DNA of 63,705 nucleotides, filler included, from Rhabdomonas costata (taxonomy: Eukaryota): the NCBI GenBank assembly GCA_019059605.1. It is 29 parts of 29 records of this genome, joined end to end, with 100 filler letters (N's around TTAATTAATTAA, not from the genome) between each part and the next. Parts side by side here need not be neighbours in the genome. Positions count along the whole stretch, not along the records: positions 1 to 2,098 come from JAHMHO010005656.1; positions 2,199 to 4,297 come from JAHMHO010005657.1; positions 4,398 to 6,496 come from JAHMHO010005658.1; positions 6,597 to 8,690 come from JAHMHO010005659.1; positions 8,791 to 10,891 come from JAHMHO010005660.1; 24 more parts are not named here. One strand, 5' to 3'. The position numbers were made by a program, and so were the translations under genes. This document shows, one piece after another, positions 1 to 10,891 of the stretch; position 1 is the stretch's first letter, and each line of letters opens with the position of its first letter. The notes under the pieces were generated by a model. The model ran no database searches. It saw nothing but the letters and a program-made list of their open reading frames with translations, and was not told the origin of the DNA.

Positions 1-622
1 GTGTGGGGGAAGCACCTAAGATCTTGTGCCCGGAGGACAGCAGAGCAAGACATTCCGGACCTGCAAAAATTAACTCAACAGTGCACAGCCTCGCCGATGT
101 GCAAAAACCCTTTTAGCGTGGCTATAAAAATTTCCGAAATTTTATAGTGGTGCTCATTTTTCGATTTTATGAAAAATGTTTTATGAACAATTTCTCCATC
201 TCTTGTTGTTATCCACTTTTCTTTGAGCGCGCTCGCGTGTGTGGAAAGCAATCAGACTTGCAAAAATCGGTCGAGGCGGAACACTCACAAGAATTGGCAC
301 GATGGTGGTAATCACGTTGTGACAAAAATACACAAGAGATCGGACAGAAGGAGAAGGGGAAGCATGAACACGACGATGAAGAGGAAGGGAGGAGAGGAGA
401 ACGCGCATGAACGCGGGGGGCGAGTAAACAGTATCGACTTTTTTCTGGTCCATCGTCTTTCAAAAGGTAATAGTAAACACTTTCGTCTTTTTGACCTCAC
501 TATCACCGACCATCTTGCAAAAGACCAAACCCCCCCAACAAGTGCTGACTGACTTCCGTACCCGCAAGAACTGTTCAAGGTTCAGGGAGGTTAGCAATCG
601 AAGAAAAGAAAAAAAATGCAAC

Positions 623-1710
623 CTCCACTTCCAGGCTGCGAGCCGAGGTGTAATTGACATTGGCAAAAAGCTGGACCAGTTCACCAACGTGCACTGGGCG
701 CTCAAAATGAACTTCATCAGCGTGAGCAAGAATGGGGTAAATAGAGGCTGGCAAGCCTTGCGGAGCACAACGGCAAGCGTGCCCCTTGCAGTTGAAGTAG
801 CGGGCCGCCACAACAAACCCAGCTTGTTCGATCATTTTCAAAAGCGTACCTGAGGGTGAGGGTGTTTTGCAAACTTTTTTGAGAATCGCTTCAAAGGGGA
901 GTCTGCTGATGAGTTGGGGTCCAAATAGCACACCAGGTTCCGCAACGGGTTTCTGGTTCAGCACCAGAAAGTCCACAACCCCACCAAGAGCAACAGTCCT
1001 AATTCCTTTCTAGGACTTCCACAAGCTGATTTTGCATGTAAATTCGAACGATTTCGAAGTACTGTCAGCATGGACAGCAACCTGTCCAGAAGCGCGTCAA
1101 GAGTACGGGGGGGGGGTTCGAGTTGGAGAGAAAAGAATTGTCTGAACCCCATCAAACAACAGACAACAACCTTTACAATCACCCAATCACTGTCAGCCGC
1201 CAAGGAAGTAAAAGAAAAACCGAAACTTGGAGCAAAAAGGTTTTTGTAAATTTGCAAAGAAAAAACGGCAGCAGATGACGTTCAGAAGTGGGAAAGTGAA
1301 GTGAAGAGGACACTTCGAGAAGCCATTGATCGAAATTGAGCCGATTTAAACAGGAAAGAGAGAAAGAGAGGGATGAAAGAAAAGGGGAGAGTTGGAGATG
1401 GCACCCCGGACTCCACCAACTCCTGTGCCAGTGTCGCAGTGCTGTGATAAGATTGGAGAACCAGATAAGGAAACAGCAGATTTGCGCGGCGGGGGAGGGC
1501 TGCGAAGACAAACTAAGAGGAAGGAAGTGGGCACAAGAAGCACTGCTCACATAGAACGTATATGGACGGACACTGAAGTTCCTTGTCTCTGTTGTCATGC
1601 ACTGAAGAAAAAAAAAGCAAACTGGTGCAATTATTTACCTCCGTGAACGTTGCCGTACATGTTTGCATCATCAGGCAGCATCAGGCGGGAGGTCGATAAG
1701 CACCGCGGAT
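623..1710 (-). CDS. HotDog-fold acyl-CoA thioesterase (ACOT7/YciA-like), partial; exons 1710-1639 and 849-623
   Basis: GT-AG intron 1638-850 joins in frame to give SRLMLPDDANMYGNVHG|GTLLKMIEQAGFVVAARYFN...VHFERPVHVGELVQLFANVNYTSARSLEVE, containing the DAN.xGNVHGG signature. Confidence 0.9.
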
Positions 1711-2053
1711 CTTCGATGAAAAGAGTGAAAGAAGGTCAGGCACGTGCAAAAAAGCGCAGTGACAACGACGAAAGGCTGCGCATAACTGCACAACAAACCA
1801 AAGCCAAAGAAAAAACGACGCGGAAAAGACACTGGGCAATGGTGCTCGATGGCGACCAACAGGGCACGATGGCCGCGATGCGGTACGCCAGCAACCGTTG
1901 GGGCACTATGGCGCACGATGGCGTCATGGCGAAACAATTCCTGAAATGCAGTCCCCCATCCAGAAAAAAGAGTACACCAACCATCTAAATCAAGAAGATG
2001 GGCCCATGAAGTTGATGATGACCACCTCAGTGCCTGAAGAAAATAAACAGTGG

Positions 2054-2087
2054 AGTAGAGTAGAGCAGAGTAGAGTAGAGTAGAGTA
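2054..2087 (+). repeat. (AGTAG)n pentanucleotide microsatellite
   Basis: agtagagtagagcagagtagagtagagtagagta. Confidence 0.9.
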
Positions 2088-2098
2088 CCACCACAAAA

Positions 2099-2198
2099 NN
2101 NNNNNNNNNNNNNNNNNNNNNNNNNNNNNNNNNNNNNNNNNNTTAATTAATTAANNNNNNNNNNNNNNNNNNNNNNNNNNNNNNNNNNNNNNNNNNNN
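2099..2198. other. Artificial contig spacer (N-run, TTAATTAATTAA, N-run); first of 28, last at 61506-61605
   Basis: The same 12-mer, with stops in all six frames, sits between N runs about every 2.2 kb (4298, 6497, 8691, 10892 ... 59307, 61506). Confidence 0.99.
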
Positions 2199-2322
2199 GT
2201 TTTTGTTTTCGAGTTTCCATCTTTCCATTCTTCCCTTGATAACTTTAGTACTCTTTTTGATCTGCCTTTCTATATTCATCTACTGTTGGTGCCTGCTGAT
2301 ACATCTTATTAATCTTGTATAG

Positions 2323-2955
2323 GGAGTGCAAAAGGAGTGTGTGCTGTTCGAGACGCAGCAGCGGCTGGGCTTCTACAATGCCTTCTACGCCAAGCACGAC
2401 GAGGCCCGAGAGAGGGAGTGCGGGTTCTTGAAGTGCTCGCACATTCCCGCCTCCAACGGCGAGGTCCTCCCTCCTCTCCCTCCATCCCTAGCACTGGAAA
2501 TAGGGAGAATCATTGGTCGGGATGGGCAGTGGTATAATATGCGTTTGTGTGCGCGCGGGCGTGGGTTTCGGTTTGTTTAGAACGGATGTTGTTGAACTTT
2601 TTCTCTCACGCGCGCACACACACATTCGGAGCTGGGTGCTTTAAAAAACGGGAACGAAAAAATGACAAATTCTCGACCGCTGTGGGCATCCAGTTATTCC
2701 GTGGTGTGCTTGCCCTTGCTTTCCTTGCTTCTTACACGGAAATTTTCGGGCCAGGCCATAAGAAGCCATAAAAATGCAAGCGCTGTGCTATTTTGTTCGT
2801 CTGGTGAATGTTGTTGGCTTCAGGAGATTATCGGGATACAACACCCAGAGTTCGTGTCGTTCCAGTTTCACCCTGAATCGATCCTCACCACGAACGGTTT
2901 TGCGATAGTGCAGGATGCTTTGGTTGCCCTGCAGCTGGATGCGAGGACCAGCTGA
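2323..2955 (+). CDS. C-terminal class I glutamine amidotransferase of a PhzE / fused anthranilate synthase TrpE(G)-like enzyme; last two exons 2323-2463 and ~2827-2955
   Basis: GVQKECVLFETQQRLGFYNAFYAKH...NGE|IIGIQHPEFVSFQFHPESILTTNG. QFHPES is the catalytic His-Glu motif; GVQ.E..LF....+GFYN.F.A resembles PhzE-type enzymes. GT donor at 2464, AG acceptor at 2823 or 2826, then a stop codon. Confidence 0.8.
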
Positions 2956-4429
2956 GGCTTATCCCCTCGCCACCGAGGGCTCTGAGTAGAGTGGTGTTGG
3001 TGGTGGTGAGGTATCCCAGAGAGAAAAACGGGAACATGCGGCCGATGCGAATGGGGCACATTTGGGTCTCTTCCTTCATGTTTGCGTCCATATCACATTG
3101 CAAACTGCCTCGACTGCCACATTACAACAAATGTTTGTTTTATTTTCAAATCTGATTCATCCACAAGACCAGCAGCTCGAAAGGCAGCTCGGTTTTGCGT
3201 CGCCTTCGACTCAAGCACGTTTAGCTATATGAGGCAATTAGCTTGGTTTGGTTGGTCCTCTGCGCTGATAACTAAATGCACATTATCTAAATGCACATTG
3301 CAGTACAGAGAATGCCATGAAAAACCTAAAAGGCAGAAACCCCAACGCAAGAGATGTAGTAAGTAAAAACAAGCCTAACGAAAAAACAAATTCAAAATTA
3401 CAAAGACGCACACGCGCAGCGCCGAACACGATGGCGTTTGTGAAACCAGGAGCAAGGCGATAGTATGGATTGCTCGCATGCGGCTCCGGGACGCACGAAA
3501 AGGGAAATCGCATAGTTGCCGTAGCTCACAGGGGAAAGGTGATGTTGTTCCATGTGCTCCCCGTCCCATACAGCATTTGGCTTGGTAAATTGAGTTGCCT
3601 TAAATCTATAATGCTCCGTGTCGTTATACCGTTCGGCGCACTTGCAGTTTAACGGCCCTACCTGGCAAGGTGCCCAAATTACCAGACCTATTTTGCCTGA
3701 AATTTTGTCTCTTTGTTTTCCCTTGAATCCCTCGTGCTCTTTTACTCTTTTGCTGTGCTTAGTATGCCTGCATCGGTTTGCTTGTTAGCCGCATCAGGGC
3801 AAAAGTACCCGATGCTGTGGTGGGGGTGTTTGTGCATCGACCTTCCCGCTTGTGTGCCGTGTCCTGTTGCGATCGTGCTGGGTTTTCATTTTGCGCGGAT
3901 GACCCGGACCCTTTCAACACACCACTTTTCCTCCTATTTCTGAGGGTGCCGTCATCGGAGCTATCTTTGGACGCGCTTCTGCAGCCTTCCTGCGCTGTAC
4001 GCCGCCCGCGCCGGGGCCTCTTGCCCATCCCGCTTGCCGCGCTTTTGGATGGAGACAATTCTACCTACCAAAAAAAAGCAGAAATAGGTTATGCAAAAGA
4101 AAGGTCGTTTCGCAAAGGAATTCGTGGGCCAAACTCCGTTGGGAGTCCGGGTGCTTTGGCGGAGATTTTTCACACACCTGGCTCGTCCGCTAATACACGC
4201 AAACGCCACTTCTCTTCCTGAAATTACCTTACTCCAAAACTGGCTTTTTGGAACAAACTGCGGCGCAGGGCGGGCGGACCGAGTGCTGGTTGCGGTTNNN
4301 NNNNNNNNNNNNNNNNNNNNNNNNNNNNNNNNNNNNNNNNNTTAATTAATTAANNNNNNNNNNNNNNNNNNNNNNNNNNNNNNNNNNNNNNNNNNNNTCT
4401 TTTTTGGGGGGGGGGTCTTTACATTGCAG

Positions 4430-6145
4430 AAAACGCCTCTGGCTGATGGATCGCAAGGGAGGCACTTCTTCCTCCCCTCATCGCTGAAGGTGTGCTTTCT
4501 GTATCTCCGTATATATTTCCGTATCTTTTGACGTGAAGCCCTTCCCTCCCCTTCTGACAGAAACCTAACCTTCAGGCTTCATGCTGTCTCATCAACCGCC
4601 AACAAAGCCCAATTCTGATGCACACTGCAACGGTTCAACATGAGCGGTTTTCATGCCCCATCAAGTGGCGCCTCACCTGAGTTCCGATACCTCCTCGTAG
4701 TCTCTGCCGCTCTCTTTCGGATGTTCGGTTATGTGGCTTTTTCGAGGCGCTGGGGTTCATTCACTTGTCTACAATGGACTCTGTCATGTGTTTTCCCCTC
4801 AACCTCCAGTTCTCTGAAGTGTTGCGGTGTGGCTTTTTGGGGGAGAAGATGCGCAGGTTTTTACTATCAATCTGGTTGGCGCGCCCGGGTTTCACGCCCT
4901 CCTGTGTGGGTAGGAATACTATCTTCCCGTGACGCTGCCCTCGAAGCCCCTGACCTTGGTCGCCTTGGTGAGCTCTTTGCTGTGGCAGGGCTCCTCCCCC
5001 GTGGTGGTTTTCTGCCACTCCGTCGAACATGTCCACAGGTTCATGTTCGTGTCTGTGGTGTTTTCAATCGGTTTTTCCCGTTGACATATACACACCACTT
5101 ACACGGCACGGTAGTACTGGCTGGAGTTGATGGCAACGCGGGTGGTTAAGGGGAGGGGTAGTGCTGACGAATATATTTCCAAGGGTTGGACGTTTAGGAA
5201 AGGGGAGCAGTGCACAACGAAAGAAAAAAAGAATTAAACAGACAAGGGGGAGAGAAAAAATAAGAAAGGGGGAAAGGAGGATACAGAAATTAACGCTGTA
5301 GCCGTCAGGCTTTGGAGAGCAAGACGAGAGTCTTTGTAACCAAATTATCTAAACAAAGACTGACACACCGACACCAAAACCGCAGCTGAAGCAGCAGAGC
5401 AAACTGATGTTTCGCCACTTTCACCTTTCCTTTTGCATTGTTTTCGGAAGAAGGGAATGGGAAAGCTTTTGAATTTGCATTCCCTCATTGTTAACAGGGT
5501 TAGCCGCCTGTTGCAGGTGTACGCCGTGGGCGGTGTTCGCGAGTTCAGCGGTCTTCTCACCCCCGCCCAGCGAGCAATGACCGGTGCGAGACCTTTCACT
5601 TGTTGCAATACATTTCCCCCCCCCCTTACAAGCTCTCAATCAAACACTGCAAGCGGACAACAAGCACAGCATCAGTTTTGTTATCTTCGGTAAGTGCGAC
5701 TCTGACAGATAAAGTACCCAACCTTCACAAACCCGAAGATTTCGTAAGTTTCGAGAACATGCAAATTTGCTGCACCCTTCCAGGCACACGCGCATAGAAA
5801 TGAATGCCTTACTGCCTGCAGAAATAAAACCCAAAAGAACAAAATCGCCCCCGTTTCAACAAAAATTGCAAAACGCACAGTGCACAGCACAAGCACACCC
5901 ACTCATACCCCGTCTCGCACACCGTTGTTCTAGTTGTCCTCTCGGCTTCCTTTCACTGCCTTCTTCGGTTCCCTCCTTCTCAGTGCATGAGGTGCACAAG
6001 GGTGAGGCCCGTGTGCTGGTGTGCAGCGACGCGATGGCCCGTGGGATGGACTTGGCGTTTCAGGCGGTCGTGAACTACGACACCCCGGCCTTCCTGGAGC
6101 CCTACGTGCACCGCGTGGGCCGCACGGCCCGTGCGGGCCGGGAAG
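4430..6145 (+). CDS. DDX51: DEAD-box RNA helicase DDX51/Dbp6-like, C-terminal domain, partial; exons 4430-4489, 4989-5038, 5498-5583, 5984-6145 (possibly also ~4576-4632)
   Basis: HFFLPSSLK ... VVVFCHSVEHVHR|VSRLLQVYAVGGVREFSGLLTPAQRAMT|VHEVHKGEARVLVCSDAMARGMD...YVHRVGRTARAGREG. Helicase motifs IV-VI are present and the GT-AG intron phases are compatible. Confidence 0.85.
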
Positions 6146-6900
6146 GTGTGGTGGTTGCTGCCACTGTTACAACTGCTTTTCTAGATTACAGTCGTACCAC
6201 TTCGCTTTTTTGATGGATGAAGTGCTTTCCAAAAGGTAAAGTGTAAAATGTTTCAGAATATCTTTTCGATCGCACGACAGCACGACAAGAAATGCCGCGG
6301 GGTGAACGAACGGGTAAAGGAGGATCAGCTAGTCGGGAGACGAGGACATATACTGCTGACATGAGCCGGAGGAAACGCACGTAGTTCGCACAGCAAAAGA
6401 GAGGGCAATGTACCGTCTACTCACCTCACGAGTAGTGTGAGTCATGTTGAAGCCGGACATCAGCTGCAGTGAGGGTTTGGTGCCATGTCCCCACAANNNN
6501 NNNNNNNNNNNNNNNNNNNNNNNNNNNNNNNNNNNNNNNNTTAATTAATTAANNNNNNNNNNNNNNNNNNNNNNNNNNNNNNNNNNNNNNNNNNNNTGTT
6601 GTGGGGAAGCGGTAGCGGTGGAAGGGAAAGCAGTGGCATGGGGTGGGCTTGGGCATCCCCAGGGGAACGTGACAGGATACAAGTCTTACCCTCTGTGCAG
6701 CTGCCCACTTCCACACCACCACAACAGTCCGCAGAGAAAAGTTTACAGCTATGCGTGTGATATAAAAATTCTCCCTTAATTTTATAGCGATCGCTATTTA
6801 AAAAATTATATATCGCCGCTATAGAAATTTGTAAAATTTTATTGCGATGCTATAGATATTTGTTAAATTTGCTGTCCCCACGGTGGAATTGGCTAACCAG

Positions 6901-6984
6901 GCCAAGGATGCCCACTACGCTGCGCTGTGCGAGCAGGCGGGCTTGCCTGCGGGCATCGACACCTTCGGCGCTGCGGCGTTTTGA
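6901..6984 (+). CDS. Probable terminal exon of an unidentified gene
   Basis: CAG acceptor, then GC3-rich AKDAHYAALCEQAGLPAGIDTFGAAAF and a stop. Confidence 0.4.
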   Translation, partial: AKDAHYAALCEQAGLPAGIDTFGAAAF

Positions 6985-7334
6985 ACAGCTCAACCTCGAA
7001 GAGACTCGTTTTGCACAACGTCATTTTTGAGGTCTGGGTGCACACGCAATACAGTACCTCCCCCTGACCGCGGCATATTTTGGTGTTTTCATAAGTCAGA
7101 ATTCCGTGTAATAAGGGAAATTCCTATAGTATTAATAATGCGAGCATGGCTCCTTATGGTAATTTTGAAGCGCCGCAAATGTTTTGGGATTTACCTGCAA
7201 AATGCTGGTCATTTCGTGAAGTGCGAGTGCTGCTTCCTTAACCTCAGACTTTTGAGGCCCTATCAATCCATGCCCTGTAACATCCAAATGATGGGCGTGG
7301 GTACCTTTTGGCACTTTATTACGAAAAAAGACAC

Positions 7335-8504
7335 TTAGGCCCTGCTCGCGACCCAAGATACTGCCCACGGGCCCATCCCAGTAGGGCTACGCATCGCTCG
7401 CAGCTCCGCCCCCTCAATGTCCAGGCTGAGGTAGTCCATCACCGGAGGGGAGCACGCCTCCACCAAAATGGACTCCAAGGTCCGCGCTGGGACCTCCATA
7501 GGCTTCACCCGGAACCGTTTGGTGCTGTACTGCCGGAAGTCCGTGTCTGCCGCGGCGATTCCCGCGATCTTGGAGTCGTCCAGCACAAACGAGACCACCC
7601 CGGGCTGGGTGTCCACCACGGCCTGCACAGTGAGGCAGGCTCGCTGGGCTCGCAGCTTGGCTGCGTTCTGGGGACCGGGCTCGATGCAGACCCCACCCCA
7701 CCCGTACCACTGCTCCAGGGTGTAGGTGTTGCTCCAGGATACAGGGTCGTTGGCGGCCAAGTCGATGAAGTAGCCGCCCCGTGCCCCTCCAGTGAGCAGG
7801 TGAACAACCTGCGGAGGCCGTGTCAGTGACAAGGTCACAGGTGGTGACGTGTGTGAGTGTGCACATGAATGATGGTCGGTCGAAGTGTCCGGCGCCGATG
7901 TCCAGCTGAGAAGATATTTGATGATGTGATAATTTGAAGAGGTTTGAGAATGGGAAATCTTGGATGAGTTGAGGTAAGCTGTAACGAGCACTGTTCGAAA
8001 TTTTGGCGGGCCGTGGCGTACACCTGGGCCTCACGCACGCGGCATTTCTCAGACACGCAGCACACGCAGATGTACAGAGATAGGCGGGAATCCATGTCCG
8101 TGATGCCTCCATTCACATCAATGCCGCCAAACCACAGCCAATCCAAAAAAGCCTCGAAAATATAAAAACAAGATGTGCAAAAGGCTTCCCCCAAAAGTTG
8201 CGGGATGGTTATTTTCACCCTCAGGGCGTTGGCCCTGCCCCACCCCCTTCCAGAAAACCTCGTCTTGCATATACTGCGAGTTCCACTGCGGTGGCTCTTC
8301 CCGAGAGAGCGCCTCCTTCCTCCTTGGAGGGCACTGAGGATTCAGCCCAATACCCCGCCCCGCCGCAGCCGACACCGGAGAGGGAGTGGCGGTAATCACA
8401 ACGGCGGCGGCGTCCGAGCGGCCCGCAAGGATGGCCCTCCGCAGCAGGAAAAGGCTCAGCCCAAGCATCACACAGGCCGCGAAGAGAGTCGCTTGGCTGG
8501 ACAT
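7335..8504 (-). CDS. FkbM-family SAM methyltransferase with N-terminal signal anchor; exons 8504-8259 and 7808 to ~7335 (3' end uncertain)
   Basis: MSSQATLFAACVMLGLSLFLL...SQYMQDE|VVHLL..GYFIDLAANDPVSWSNTYTLEQWYGWGGVCIEP...MDYLSLDIEGAE contains typical FkbM motifs. In-frame GT-AG intron 8258-7809. Confidence 0.85.
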
Positions 8505-8790
8505 CGATTGAGGCGACGAGGGAGGGAGGGAGAGAGGGGGGACAAGTGAGACACTGACTGGGTCTGGAGACATATAGTGAATTGCGAAGTATGCAGTTCG
8601 CTAATATACCGTACACAACCACTGAAAACACGAAGGCAGGAGAAAAGGCGTAAACATAACCAAACCTATGCACTAGTTGCACCAAACCCCNNNNNNNNNN
8701 NNNNNNNNNNNNNNNNNNNNNNNNNNNNNNNNNNTTAATTAATTAANNNNNNNNNNNNNNNNNNNNNNNNNNNNNNNNNNNNNNNNNNNN

Positions 8791-9269
8791 ATTGCTCCAT
8801 TGCGGCTCAGGTCTCTGCGATTCCACACTCCTTCTTTGGGGGGCTGGGGTCTTTCCTCGCGGGAACGGCCCTTGGGGCTTTTCTTTCGGATGGGTAAACG
8901 GGCAGCACCGGTATCTGCAGGCGTCGCCGTGCCAGCACTCGCTCTGTCTTTGCGGTACGGGCTATTCCTGACCTCGTCCGCTGAGCCTCCGGTACCTCGA
9001 GGCTGCCTCACTGACTCTTTGCCCTGGTGCGTCTGCGAATACTTTGGATTCCGGTTGGCCCTAGCATAGGGGCTTTGATCTCTTGCGAAACTCGATGGTC
9101 CGCTTGTACTTCTGCGCAATGGGTTCGTCTCTGCGCGGGTCTGTTCTAGGTGCTCCTCCCTCGGGTGCACAAACGGACACCTTTGGAACTTGCATGATAT
9201 CCCGTGCCAGCATCGCACTCCTAGGGCACGCATGCTCGTCTTCCAAGTGCTTTCGGCTGCGGCTTTCAT
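8791..9269 (-). CDS. Intronless ORF with a C-x5-C-x4-C-x3-H zinc finger and a basic disordered tail; possibly the ORF1/gag of a retroelement; truncated by the contig end
   Basis: MKAAAESTWK...CWHGISCKFQRCPFVHP followed by R/K/S/P-rich sequence; lies 3' of a GT donor of the NEF1-like gene. Confidence 0.4.
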
Positions 9270-9725
9270 GTCTCGCCCCTGGGAGTGTCGGGGGTGTCTT
9301 TCCTGCGGTCGGCCTCTCCTGCTCTGCGTCTCTGTTCTCCCTGGATACTCAGTGCTTGATCCCCGCCAACCTCTTTCCCCGCCCCCTTTCCTCCTCCTCT
9401 GTGTGTGTGTGTGTGCCACCCAACATGAGTTCTCCCTTTTGCTGCAATAAAGATACCCCACCGCGCAAAAGCAGCCGACTAGCCTTGATGGGTCAGACCG
9501 GGCTGCAGAAAGAAAAAAGGAGCTTGACACCGGCCCGGGACTACACGACACGACAGCTACCACACACCACTTGACCAAGGGTGGCGAAGACCTCAAACGC
9601 CCGTGAGGAGAACTGTACCCCCTCCTCAACTGTACCCCCTCCTCCTTCTCCAAACAACCGCAAACAACGCACACTTTGAGTGAGTGTGTGCGGCGACACG
9701 GACCTGAACGGACAGGTAGGCGCAC

Positions 9726-10891
9726 GGTGAGGGTGATGGTATTATACGGGGGCGGCAGTCCGAGCAGCAGGTGGCCCAGCCGGGAGTGAACTATTCTATT
9801 GAGGAGGGAGAAGGGGACGGGGGGGGTACATCGCGCTTCCTAAACGATGAAAACCACCTTAAAAGCAGAGCAAGAAGCGGACACACGGAAAAAGAGACGA
9901 ATCATCAGAGGGGAAGGGAACACGGAACAGCGGCAAATGAATAGAGGCGTGTTCACAGCAGTCGGAAGACATCATATCACTCAGGGATCATAAGGAGGGG
10001 AGCTCAAATCATTCAAAAGGAACGAATGATGCGAAGCACGGCACCGATGCCAACTGCCAAATAGTTTTTGAATGAGTGAGGAAGGGAACTACTAATTCAG
10101 GCACCCAAGTGAGAGCAAAACAGCACCAATGCCGTTCGTTCCGGAGAGCAAGGGGGGTCTTGAGACGTCCCCTCCAGAGTACACCGCTACCCAGTTTTCA
10201 GGCCCGAGGTGTAGATAATCGTTTGTAATCGTTCTTTACTGAGTTGTGCGGTCATCGGGAGAGGAAAGGAAGACAGAGGCGACCCACAGCCCAGAAATCC
10301 CGGGTTCACTGATACCCACCTGTACTGAAACCAGTGCTGAACAACCAGGTAGGACACCACCAGGATGACCTTGCGGAGCCGAAGCAGTGTTGATTCCTGG
10401 GTCGCCGCTGTTTCTAGTGATAGATAAGGGAGCACACGAGGAGGTGGAGGAACAAAATACGCAGGCAAACGAGGGGGGTGCTCGAGTGCACTAAGTGTGT
10501 CTGCACAGTTTACCAGCTCCACCTCTCCGCCCATTCCCACAGCATCAATAATTTACCTCGTGATCGGTTCAGTAGGGCGTCAGAGAAACGTCCCTAAACG
10601 TCTCTGGGAGATGTGGGAAAGAGAGAGAGAGAGAGACCCACCCACCACACCTTCGGCGGGGAAGGCCCACCACAGAGAGGCCCGGGGGTGGAACATAAGG
10701 TACAGCACAGGCACGGCCAGCAGGGCGGCGAGGTTCATGGTGTGGCCCCAGTTGAGCTCCAGCACGCGGTGGAAGACCAGGAGGTAGCCCCCCACCGGGG
10801 CAACCACCAGGCACAGCGAGAACAGTGCACACCCCCCCTTGCGCTGCACCAGCTCCTCCGCCGCCCACCCCGGAACCAGCGCCCCAACAAC
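9726..10891 (-). CDS. Multi-pass membrane protein, NO EXINE FORMATION 1 (NEF1)-like, partial; exons >10891-10651, 10413-10320, 9795-9726
   Basis: Spliced LLAVPVLYLMFHPRASLWWAF...LRKVILVVSYLVVQHWFQYR|IVHSRLGHLLLGLPPPYNTITLT parallels the recalled plant NEF1 segments RGALWW and IRVVFHSFGRYIQVPPPLNY. Intron phases are consistent. Confidence 0.65.
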
